A DNA stretch of 24,000 bases from Actinobacteria bacterium HGW-Actinobacteria-1 (GCA_002841355.1 PHFB01000004.1:13662-37661), one strand, 5' to 3'; shown: positions 15,378-23,066, counted from the stretch's first letter. Program-made: numbers and translations. The notes: a model not told the origin generated them from the sequence alone.

Positions 15378-16424
15378 CTAGTAGGAGCCGTCCTCCGCTG
15401 ACGAGGTTGGGATGCGGCCCGCGTACGTCTTGTAGATCAGGTAGAAGTAGAACAGGACGAGCGGTACGCCGATGGCAGCGATGATCAGCATGACCGTCAG
15501 CGTTAGCTGCGACGATTGCGAGTTCGCGATGGTGAGCGCCTCGCCCGGACCGAGCGAAGGAACAAGCGCCGGGAAGATCGAAGCAGCCCAGATGCCCACC
15601 ATCGATGCGCCTGCAAGAGCCGAGCCGTAGAAGCTCGTGCGATCGGCATCCTTTGAGGCACCGACGAACACGAGCGCTGTCCCCGCGACAGCGAGCAAAG
15701 CGAAGAGCCAACCAGCCGGACCTGATATGCCGTTCGCGAACGCATCCGGCACAAGGATGGCGGTGGCAGCTGCCGAGACCACAAGCAGGGTGGCGTAGGC
15801 GATCGAAGCTGTCCTACGGACCACCTTTGCGCGCTCGTACAGGTTCCCGGTGGCTTTAAGCGACAGCCAGGTGGAGCCGTGCAGAACGATCCACGCAACG
15901 CTGAGGAGCCCGATGACGATCGCGTAGGGGTTGAGGGCGGTGAGAAGGTTGCCGAGGAAGATCGGTGCCCCGCCCCCCGTGATGAACTCCCCCTCAGCAG
16001 TGAGCGGCAATCCTCTGATGATGTTGCCGACTGCCACACCGAACAGAAGCGAGGGGATCGCGCTCCCAAGGAAGAACGACCAGTCCCACAGCTTCGCCCA
16101 CGCCGGGTCGCGGTGACGGAACTCGAGCGAAGCGGCGCGGAAGATGAGCGAGAACAGCAGCAACATGAGCGCGATGTAGAAGCCGGAGAACACGGTCGCG
16201 TACACCGCGGGGAACGCCGCGAATAGCGCGCCGCCGCCGGTTAGGAGCCAGACCTCATTGCCATCCCAGAGCGGTCCGACCGACATGCGCATCTCGGCCT
16301 TGTCAGCCTCGGACTTTCCAAGGAACGGATAGAGCACGCCGACCCCAAGATCGAAGCCGTCGAAGATCGCGTAGCCCGCAAGAAGCACGCCGACCAAAAC
16401 GAACCAGATTTCACCGAGTCCCAT
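15378..16424 (-). CDS. cydB: Cytochrome bd ubiquinol/menaquinol oxidase subunit II
   Basis: MGLGEIWFVLVGVLLAGYAIFDGFDLGVG...GPLWDGNEVWLLTGGGALFAAFP is a canonical CydB N-terminus. The ATG directly abuts the cydA stop. Confidence 0.95.
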   Translation of the reverse strand: MGLGEIWFVLVGVLLAGYAIFDGFDLGVGVLYPFLGKSEADKAEMRMSVGPLWDGNEVWLLTGGGALFAAFPAVYATVFSGFYIALMLLLFSLIFRAASLEFRHRDPAWAKLWDWSFFLGSAIPSLLFGVAVGNIIRGLPLTAEGEFITGGGAPIFLGNLLTALNPYAIVIGLLSVAWIVLHGSTWLSLKATGNLYERAKVVRRTASIAYATLLVVSAAATAILVPDAFANGISGPAGWLFALLAVAGTALVFVGASKDADRTSFYGSALAGASMVGIWAASIFPALVPSLGPGEALTIANSQSSQLTLTVMLIIAAIGVPLVLFYFYLIYKTYAGRIPTSSAEDGSY

Positions 16425-17756
16425 CTACTCCACCCCCTCTGGAAGCGCCGGGCCCTTCTTGATCATGCCGATGACGATCCGGCCCCATGCGATGTAGATC
16501 ACGGTGTAGAACAGGACGAACAGCACGAGCGTGGTGAGAATCTCACCAGCGGGAACCGCCTTCGAGATGGCATCGATCGTTCTGAGCTCGCCCCAGACGA
16601 TCCAGGGCTGACGACCGACCTCGGCCGCTGCCCATCCCAGCTGGATGGAGAGCATCGGGAGAATCGGTGACCACACGAGCAGTCCGAGCAGCCGCTTGCT
16701 GCCCTGCAGCTTGCCGCGCTTATTCAGCAGCCAGGCAGCCAGAACCAGAACGAGCATGACGCCCCAGAGCAGGATCATCAGGTGGTACGTCTGGTACGTG
16801 ATTTGTAGCGGAGGCCTGTCCGCGGGCGCGAAGCTGTTGAGACCCGGAAAGGACTTCGTACCGGCGAAGTCGCCGACGAGCAGATTGACGCCGCCAGGAA
16901 TCGCAAGACTCACCGTCTTGCCGCTGGCCTCATCGATGTAGCCGATAAGCCCCAACGACATCGGACCATCGTTCCAGTGGCCCTCGAACGCGGCGACTTT
17001 GCTCGGCTGGTTGGTGACGACGTTCACGGCCTGCCAGTGGCCGATGGGGAGCATCAGCACTGTCGTGACGGTTGCGATCGCGATACCGGTCGTCATGGTC
17101 TTGCGTGCGAAGCCGGTGTGCACGCCTCGGCGGAGGTAGTAGGCAGCGAGCGCGATCGCGACGAACCCACCCACCATGAGCACCGCGTCGATCGTGTGGG
17201 CGTACCGGGGCAGTGTCGAGGGGTTGAAGCCAGCGGCGAAGAAGTTGGTCAGCTCCGCCTTGCGTGTCAGGCCCTCGCCGACGATCTTGTAGCCGGCCGG
17301 CGTCTGCATCCACGAGTTGGCGATGATGATCCACAGGGCCGAGAGCATCGAACCTCCCCACACGAGCCACGTGCTCGTGTAGTAGAACTTCTTCGAGACC
17401 CTGGAGCGGCCGAACAACAACACTGCGAGGAACGTCGACTCCAGGAAGAATGCGAACAGCCCCTCTGCAGCGAGCGGTGCGCCGAAGATGTCACCCACAA
17501 ACCGGGAGTACGTTGCCCAGTTCGTGCCGAATGCGAACTCCATGGCGATACCGGTAGCCACCCCAACGGCGAATGTTGCCGTGAACAGCTTGATCCAGAA
17601 ATCCGACGCCGCTTTGTCCTCAGCGCTGCCGCTCTTGTAGAACCGGCGTTCGGCCAGAACAAGCACAAGGCCGAGGCCGATCGAGAGCGGAACGAAGAGG
17701 AAGTGGTAGCCAACCGTCACAGCAAACTGCACTTTCGACAGCACGACTACGTCCAT
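16425..17756 (-). CDS. cydA: Cytochrome bd ubiquinol/menaquinol oxidase subunit I (short Q-loop type, 443 aa)
   Basis: LSKVQFAVTVGYHFLFVPLSIGLG, FGAPLAAEGLFAFFLESTF and GRQPWIVWG are canonical CydA motifs. GGTGGGAGG lies upstream of the ATG. Confidence 0.95.
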   Translation of the reverse strand: MDVVVLSKVQFAVTVGYHFLFVPLSIGLGLVLVLAERRFYKSGSAEDKAASDFWIKLFTATFAVGVATGIAMEFAFGTNWATYSRFVGDIFGAPLAAEGLFAFFLESTFLAVLLFGRSRVSKKFYYTSTWLVWGGSMLSALWIIIANSWMQTPAGYKIVGEGLTRKAELTNFFAAGFNPSTLPRYAHTIDAVLMVGGFVAIALAAYYLRRGVHTGFARKTMTTGIAIATVTTVLMLPIGHWQAVNVVTNQPSKVAAFEGHWNDGPMSLGLIGYIDEASGKTVSLAIPGGVNLLVGDFAGTKSFPGLNSFAPADRPPLQITYQTYHLMILLWGVMLVLVLAAWLLNKRGKLQGSKRLLGLLVWSPILPMLSIQLGWAAAEVGRQPWIVWGELRTIDAISKAVPAGEILTTLVLFVLFYTVIYIAWGRIVIGMIKKGPALPEGVE

Positions 17757-17765
17757 CCTCCCACC

Positions 17766-18173
17766 TCACTTCCGATCGTTGGAAACGAGACCCTCCAGGG
17801 TCCTACTGCCCAAGAATTCGCGGAACATAGCGTCCGCCTCACACCACACGCGGTGTGCTGTACATGAGCCTGACCGTGCACACCAGGCCGGATCTTTGGA
17901 GCAGACCGCAACGGAGGGAGCCCCCTGTGTCGCGGTCACGATGTCGAGAAGCGTGATGTCCGCAGCTGGCCGAGAGAGGCAGAGTCCGCCAGCCGCGCCG
18001 CGTGTTGCAGTCACGATGTCCGCCGCAACCAAGTCGCGTTGGACCGCTCGTGCGAAGGCGTAGGGGACGGCGTCCTTCTCGGCCAAGACGCGCACTGACA
18101 CGGGGCAGTCTTCTTCGGAGGCAAGGGCCATGAGCATGCGAATCGCGTAGTCGGTTCGACGTGTGATCTCCAC
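17766..18173 (-). CDS. Rrf2 family transcriptional regulator, probable Fe-S cluster-binding type
   Basis: MEITRRTDYAIRMLMALA is the Rrf2 winged-helix N-terminus. CSKDPAWCARSGSCTAH gives C-x6-C-x5-C-x2-H, similar to IscR/NsrR-type ligand spacing. GTG start. The stop is 9 nt from the cydA ATG. Confidence 0.9.
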   Translation of the reverse strand: MEITRRTDYAIRMLMALASEEDCPVSVRVLAEKDAVPYAFARAVQRDLVAADIVTATRGAAGGLCLSRPAADITLLDIVTATQGAPSVAVCSKDPAWCARSGSCTAHRVWCEADAMFREFLGSRTLEGLVSNDRK

Positions 18174-18198
18174 GGGCCACCATTCCTGTCTGGCAAAT

Positions 18199-18218
18199 GC
18201 TACTACAGCAGTATCATA
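18199..18218 (-). promoter_or_regulatory. Putative Rrf2-cydAB promoter -10 (TATGAT) overlapping an imperfect 17-nt palindrome, a candidate operator
   Basis: In GCTACTACAGCAGTATC (18199-18215), 6 of 8 arm positions pair. The minus-strand TATGAT occupies 18218-18213, about 40 nt upstream of GTG 18173. Confidence 0.35.
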
Positions 18219-18411
18219 TCACCAGGACACGACTGTCAATCACATTTCGGGAAGGTGCCACGCGCTGTACGCCGAACAGGCCCGCATAGGTCGGGCGGAT
18301 CAGACCCGGTTCGCTCGGCTCGTGCGGGTGGGCGGGAGAACCGATACGATACGCGCTGGTGCTCGGCGGATGACCGATGCATTCGGACACCGGTAGGGAC
18401 GGAGAATCATC

Positions 18412-18894
18412 ATGCAGGTTGGGCAACCACGGCGGGTGACGAGAACATATGTTCAGCGGCTCGAAGCCGAGCCGTCGTTGGTGTTCCCGCTTCTGTGTCC
18501 GGTCCGCGAAGCTGATTGGATCGACGGCTGGGATCCCATCGCTGTCTGGACCAGCTCCGGAGTGGCCGAGCAAGACTGCGTGTTCACGACTCCAGCCGAT
18601 GCAGGCGAAGCAGTCTGGTTCGTAACGCGCTACTCACCTGAATCCGGTGAGGTCGAGATGCTCAAGATCACGCCCGGCGTCACCGCATGCAAGCTGAGCA
18701 TCAATCTCACCGCGTCCGACTCCGGCACCGATGCGGAGGTCACCTACGCGCACACGAGTCTGGGACCTGCCGGCGATGCGTTCGTCGACGAATTCACCGC
18801 CGAGTACTACGAGGAGTTCATGCGTGATTGGGAGTCTCGGCTCAATCACTACCTGGTGACAGGGCATATGCTAGTGGACGGGCACAGACGGTAG
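18412..18894 (+). CDS. SRPBCC-superfamily-like protein (tentative)
   Basis: GGGACGGAG lies upstream of ATG 18412. The 160-aa size fits, and VFPLLCPVREADWIDGW near the N-terminus recalls uncharacterised SRPBCC family proteins. Confidence 0.55.
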   Translation: MQVGQPRRVTRTYVQRLEAEPSLVFPLLCPVREADWIDGWDPIAVWTSSGVAEQDCVFTTPADAGEAVWFVTRYSPESGEVEMLKITPGVTACKLSINLTASDSGTDAEVTYAHTSLGPAGDAFVDEFTAEYYEEFMRDWESRLNHYLVTGHMLVDGHRR

Positions 18895-18917
18895 CTGACG
18901 CGCCCCCGCGAGCGTGC

Positions 18918-19310
18918 CTAGTGCGGGAAGAGCAGCTCGGCGCCGATGAACCACACCCAGAACAGTGCAGGTAGCGCGGTCACGACGAGTGCGACCCAGG
19001 CGACCCAATGTCGATCGCCCTTCGCCAGCGCTCCCGCGGCAGCGAATGCTCCGGTGACGGCCAGAAGAATCGAGTATGCGGCCGGTATTGCCCGAACGGC
19101 TGTAGTGGGAACCGCACCGGCTGGTGCGATCGCTGGCGCGAAAAGACCCGCAGTCACCAACAGTAGTGCGGTGGCTCCCACGCCGAGTGCGGTCCATGCC
19201 AGCGCAGATGGCTTCCCTGTTGGATTGGCCCGATCGATTCGGCCACCCAGCAGGGCAACCAACGCGTAGCCGAGCAGAATCCCGATGACAACGCTGAGCG
19301 TCGCTTGCAT
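18918..19310 (-). CDS. Hypothetical four-helix membrane protein (130 aa) ending in ELLFPH
   Basis: This is the C-terminal part of track ORF 18918..19646. GAGGGGG lies 8 nt upstream of ATG 19310. Ala/Leu-rich helices. Confidence 0.6.
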   Translation of the reverse strand: MQATLSVVIGILLGYALVALLGGRIDRANPTGKPSALAWTALGVGATALLLVTAGLFAPAIAPAGAVPTTAVRAIPAAYSILLAVTGAFAAAGALAKGDRHWVAWVALVVTALPALFWVWFIGAELLFPH

Positions 19311-19408
19311 CGCAGACACCCCCTCGTGTCGACTGTGATGCGCACGGAGTGTATTCCCTGGTCCGTGTCGTAACGGACGGCATCGACGGCGCGTGTGGTG
19401 CCGTGCGG

Positions 19409-19945
19409 CTACTCGGTCATGAGCACAAGAAGCTTCCGGGCCGTGGTGCAGTTGCGAAGCGTCACCTGCGAGTAGAGGGGCGTCCCAACGATCCTGGTCA
19501 GGCGGCTTCTGGTGGCATTCTTCCGGGTGACCCGTCGCAGTATCGCTCCCGGCGTGTACCGTGCGTCTTCGATTTCGGGATCGATGTTGAGCGCACGTAG
19601 CGTCTCGGGGGTGTCCACCTCGGGCCACAGGAACACGACATCGCACTTAGCTGCGGCATCGTTGGCCCACGAGGCGGGCAGCGCTTGCACGATCGAGCGC
19701 AGCTCGTTCACATCCCTGATCAGTACCGGGACCGTGATGCCGAACTGCTGCTCGATCGCCGAGCCGAGCATCTCGGCGATGGTTGCGTGCGTGCCGGTGT
19801 CGCACGTGAAGATGACGTTGCCCGAGTTGATGTACGTCCGCACAGACGCCATTCCGGCCGCCTCGAACACGGCCTTGAGGGTCTTCATGTCGATCTTGTT
19901 GTTGCCGCCGACGTTGATGCCGCGCAGCAGGGCCACGTACGTCAT
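19409..19945 (-). CDS. DUF1697 domain-containing protein
   Basis: MTYVALLRGINVGGNNKIDMKTLKAVFE is the characteristic DUF1697 N-terminus, and the 178-aa length is typical. Confidence 0.85.
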   Translation of the reverse strand: MTYVALLRGINVGGNNKIDMKTLKAVFEAAGMASVRTYINSGNVIFTCDTGTHATIAEMLGSAIEQQFGITVPVLIRDVNELRSIVQALPASWANDAAAKCDVVFLWPEVDTPETLRALNIDPEIEDARYTPGAILRRVTRKNATRSRLTRIVGTPLYSQVTLRNCTTARKLLVLMTE

Positions 19946-19951
19946 GCTCCC

Positions 19952-19957
19952 AATGTA
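19952..19957 (-). promoter_or_regulatory. Putative -10 (TACATT) giving a leaderless DUF1697 transcript
   Basis: The minus strand reads TACATT-gggagc-ATG. The hexamer ends 6 nt before the start codon, and there is no SD. Confidence 0.4.
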
Positions 19958-19989
19958 GCCCGAGGCACAGGGGCGGGCTAGTGTGCGCG

Positions 19990-20018
19990 TTCACCGGCGG
20001 CCCCGGTAACGGTAGACT
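19990..20018 (+). promoter_or_regulatory. Putative promoter: TTCACC, 17-nt spacer, TAGACT
   Basis: TTCACC at 19990-19995 and TAGACT at 20013-20018, 43 nt upstream of ATG 20061. Confidence 0.4.
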
Positions 20019-20060
20019 TGCCGAAGGCACGTACGCACCCGGTTGCGAACAGGAGTCACG

Positions 20061-20435
20061 ATGCCCGACACCGCGCCGCTTCGAGCCCTTGAGGAGGCAT
20101 TGCTCGATCCGGAGGTTCGCGGGTCCTCGCGATTCGAGCAGCTGCTCGCCGATGACTTCGTGGAGTTCGGATCATCCGGCCACGCCTTCGGCAAGGCCGA
20201 GGTGCTCGATGCGGCCGCGCGCCTGCCCGCGGTTGACACGCCGCTCGATGCGTTCGCGGTGCAGTACGCGTCGGCGGAGTGTGCTTTGGTCACGTACCGA
20301 AGCACGACCAGGTTCGCGGACGGCTCGTCCCGCGAGTCGCTGCGCAGCTCGGTGTGGATATGGCGCGACGACCGCTGGCAGCTCAGGTTCCACCAGGGGA
20401 CCCCGGCGGCGGCCAGCGCTCCGGACGAAGCGTAG
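20061..20435 (+). CDS. DUF4440 / NTF2-like (SnoaL-type) family protein
   Basis: In frame with ORF 20043..20435. AGGAG lies 5 nt before ATG 20061. LLADDFVEFGSSGHAFGK...RSSVWIWRDDRWQLRFHQGTP matches the DUF4440 pattern. Confidence 0.8.
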   Translation: MPDTAPLRALEEALLDPEVRGSSRFEQLLADDFVEFGSSGHAFGKAEVLDAAARLPAVDTPLDAFAVQYASAECALVTYRSTTRFADGSSRESLRSSVWIWRDDRWQLRFHQGTPAAASAPDEA

Positions 20436-20463
20436 GAATCGGTTCAACACACGGGGGTGCGGT

Positions 20464-20895
20464 TTGGAGATCGGCCGAGTGCAGGAAGCAGACCTGGAAG
20501 CGATATCGCAGCTGCACGTCCACTTCTGGGATGAGCCTTCCGACGTGGAGGCGATGCGCGAGACGTTGCGGGTGCTGGCTGACGATCCCGACCACCTGTT
20601 CCTCGCGGCACGGGTGGACGGTGCATGCATCGGTACCGCCACCGGCGTGATCTGCCACGGGCTGTATGGCGGGTTCGATTCGTACATCGTGGTCGAGGAT
20701 GTTGTGGTCGACGAGGCGCACCGGCGCCAGGGCGTCGCCACCGCGCTCATGACCGAGATCGAGCGTTTCGCCCGCGAGCGCTCGTGCCGACAGATGATCG
20801 TGCTGACCGAGTTGGTTCGTCATGACGCGCGCGGCCTGTACGGAGCCCTGGGTTTCGAGGCGCGGTGGACCGGCTTCAAGAAGAAGCTTGGCTGA
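20464..20895 (+). CDS. GNAT family N-acetyltransferase
   Basis: In frame with ORF 19981..20895. ACGGGGG lies 6 nt before TTG 20464 (alternative GTG at 20479). VVVDEAHRRQGVATALMTEIE and ARGLYGALGFE are GNAT motifs. Confidence 0.85.
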   Translation: MEIGRVQEADLEAISQLHVHFWDEPSDVEAMRETLRVLADDPDHLFLAARVDGACIGTATGVICHGLYGGFDSYIVVEDVVVDEAHRRQGVATALMTEIERFARERSCRQMIVLTELVRHDARGLYGALGFEARWTGFKKKLG

Positions 20896-20927
20896 GTCAC
20901 GCAGCGGGCGGCCTCGCCGGTTGCGCG

Positions 20928-21737
20928 CTACTGCATCGCCAGCAGTTCCGAGACGGTCACGAAGCGGTAACCCTGCGCGGAGAGCCGATCGAGGATCCGC
21001 GGGAGCGCATCCCGCGTGGGCTGACGGCCCTCGTACATGACGTGCATCAGCACGATAGAACCGGGGCGGACGCCGTCGCCGACGTACTCTACGATCGCGT
21101 CGGCGTTGTCTGCGATTCCGGCAATCGAATCGGGCTCAAGATCCCAGACAACGGTGGTGCGACCCGTGCGGTCGAGGTAGAGCGGCGTGGTGAGGAGCCG
21201 TTTGCATCCGGGCATGCGGAACGTTGTCGGCGCTTCGTAGCCCGCCGCGCGGAAGATCGCATCCGTCTGCTCGACTTCGGCTGCCACCGTCTTCTCCGGC
21301 ACGAAGTACAGGCGCCGGTGCGAGTATGTGTGATTGCCGAGTTCGTTGCCGGAGGCGACGACCACGTCCAGCAGCTCCGGGTTCTCCTCACATTCGCGAC
21401 CGGTGAGATAGAACGTCGCTCGGGCACCATGCTCCGCCAGGGTTTGAAGGACTTCCTCGGTGTAGCCAGGGGTGGGACCATCATCGAAGGTGAGCGCAAC
21501 GACCTTCTCGTTCGTTTCAACGCGCTGCACCAACTCGCCAGCGAATTGGAACGATCGCGACTTCGATAGGTGATACGTCGCAACTCCGACCAGCAGGATG
21601 CTGACGACTACAACGAGCAGCACGCGCCCCACCGCCCGAAAGCGGGATTCGGGCCGACCGGCAATGCGATTCCAGCCGAGACCAAGAAGGCCCGCAGCGA
21701 GCGCAATCAGGGAGAGTGACAGAGCGTAATCAGCCAT
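20928..21737 (-). CDS. Polysaccharide deacetylase (NodB homology domain) with an N-terminal membrane region
   Basis: Contains VALTFDDGP, GNHTYSH and IVLMH motifs. There are two N-terminal hydrophobic helices. Confidence 0.9.
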   Translation of the reverse strand: MADYALSLSLIALAAGLLGLGWNRIAGRPESRFRAVGRVLLVVVVSILLVGVATYHLSKSRSFQFAGELVQRVETNEKVVALTFDDGPTPGYTEEVLQTLAEHGARATFYLTGRECEENPELLDVVVASGNELGNHTYSHRRLYFVPEKTVAAEVEQTDAIFRAAGYEAPTTFRMPGCKRLLTTPLYLDRTGRTTVVWDLEPDSIAGIADNADAIVEYVGDGVRPGSIVLMHVMYEGRQPTRDALPRILDRLSAQGYRFVTVSELLAMQ

Positions 21738-21743
21738 GCCGCG

Positions 21744-21753
21744 ATTCTAGCGC
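21744..21753 (-). promoter_or_regulatory. Putative -10, GCGCTAGAAT box, giving a leaderless deacetylase transcript
   Basis: The minus strand reads GCGCTAGAAT-cgcggc-ATG. The hexamer ends 6 nt before ATG 21737, and there is no SD. Confidence 0.45.
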
Positions 21754-21876
21754 TGAGTGCAGCGCGCAGATGCTACTGTTGCCATCGCGTTCACGGGGTC
21801 GATCCCGGGGTCCCGCGCCAACCGTGATTCAGTACAGGGTTCTCGGGCAAGAAGAGTCATGACATGAGGAGGTCCG

Positions 21877-22254
21877 ATGACCGGGAAGTCCGTCGCCGAG
21901 AAGGCGCGCATCAAGCCAGGCACCACGATAGCCGTCCTCAATGAGGCGCCCGGCGTGATCGGGACGCTTGGCCTGCCCGCAGACGTGACCTTCGTGGACG
22001 CGGCCAAGGCACAGCTGGTGTTCCTCTTCGTCAACACGCACGCCGAGCTTGAAGCGCTTATGCCGAAAGCAGTCGCCGAGTTGTCGCCCGAAGCTGCGCT
22101 CTGGGTCTTCTACCGGAAGGGCGCCAAAGCTGCTGGCTTGGACATGAGCCGCGACAGCGTTTGGAGCGTTGCTGAAACGGCCGACCTGCGCCCTCTCGGT
22201 CTCGTCAGCGTCGACAGCACCTGGTCGGCGTTCAGGTTGCGTCGCGCACGCTGA
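21877..22254 (+). CDS. DUF3052 domain-containing protein
   Basis: GAGGAGG lies upstream of ATG 21877. KARIKPGTTIAVLNEAPG, ALWVFYRKG and LGLVSVDSTWSAFRLR parallel the DUF3052 layout. Confidence 0.65.
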   Translation: MTGKSVAEKARIKPGTTIAVLNEAPGVIGTLGLPADVTFVDAAKAQLVFLFVNTHAELEALMPKAVAELSPEAALWVFYRKGAKAAGLDMSRDSVWSVAETADLRPLGLVSVDSTWSAFRLRRAR

Positions 22255-22259
22255 GTTTC

Positions 22260-22269
22260 GCGCTAGACT
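22260..22269 (+). promoter_or_regulatory. Putative -10 region, GCGCTAGACT box
   Basis: Third exact copy of the 10-mer, 63 nt upstream of ATG 22332. Confidence 0.4.
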
Positions 22270-22331
22270 CATGCAGTAGCTGGAGCCAGGCGGCCGCACT
22301 GCGGTTCGCTGCGGAGCCGAGGAAGGCAAGG

Positions 22332-23066
22332 ATGGCCCGGTTCACCACAGAAGAGGCACTGGCATTCATCAGCGCGATGAGTCTCACGCTCAAGGGCAAG
22401 GTCGGCTTCAAGTGGATGGTCGAGAAGCTGAGCGCGCTGAGCGAGTACATCGAGTCACTGGCCGCCGAGAACGACGTGCTTCGTGGGCGCCTTGCTGAGT
22501 GCGCGCCGCACGAGGAGACTACCAGCGTCTGCATCGAGTCCGCCTCGGCAGAGGATCTGTCAGACGTGCTGGAGGTGGAGAACCGCGCCTTCGCGGGAGA
22601 CCCGGACATCGAGATTCTGGTGCGCGACCTGCTTGGCGACCCGACCGCACAACCGCTGGTGTCGTTGCTCGCGCGCGAGGCGGGACGCCCTATCGGTCAC
22701 ATCATGTTCACGGCGGTGCACATCAACGGATCCGAGCGTGAGGTGCGCGCCTCGATCCTGGCGCCGCTTGCTGTCGTGCCCGAGAGACAACGGCAGGGCA
22801 TCGGCGGGAGGTTGATCGAGCGGGGGCTCGGCATGCTGGATGCGTCCGGAGTAGAGCTGGTGTTCGTTCTTGGCCATCCGGCGTACTACCCGCAGTTCGG
22901 ATTCGAGCCGGCGGGCGCTCTGGGGCTCGCGGCGCCGTTTCCGATTCCGGATGACCACGCGGACGCCTGGATGGTGAGGACGCTGCGCCACGGCGTGCTC
23001 GACGGCGCGCACGGCACCGTCGTGTGCGCCGAGTCGATGAACAAGGCCCAGTACTGGCGCGAGTAG
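22332..23066 (+). CDS. GNAT family N-acetyltransferase (YhbS/COG3153-like) with an N-terminal extension of about 65 aa
   Basis: GAGGAAGG lies 5 nt before ATG 22332. From about residue 66, VCIESASAEDLSDVLEVENRAF...ERQRQGIGGRLIE...LGHPAYYPQFGFE matches YhbS-type GNATs. Residues 1-65 are an extra helical segment. Confidence 0.8.
   Translation: MARFTTEEALAFISAMSLTLKGKVGFKWMVEKLSALSEYIESLAAENDVLRGRLAECAPHEETTSVCIESASAEDLSDVLEVENRAFAGDPDIEILVRDLLGDPTAQPLVSLLAREAGRPIGHIMFTAVHINGSEREVRASILAPLAVVPERQRQGIGGRLIERGLGMLDASGVELVFVLGHPAYYPQFGFEPAGALGLAAPFPIPDDHADAWMVRTLRHGVLDGAHGTVVCAESMNKAQYWRE

Noticed and set aside
15503-17867. Multiple 100-300-aa ORFs on both strands overlapping cydA and cydB (for example 16977..17867 +, 15503..16069 -)
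   Set aside because: cydA and cydB are unambiguous. The overlapping frames are R/E/H-rich by-products of GC3 bias.
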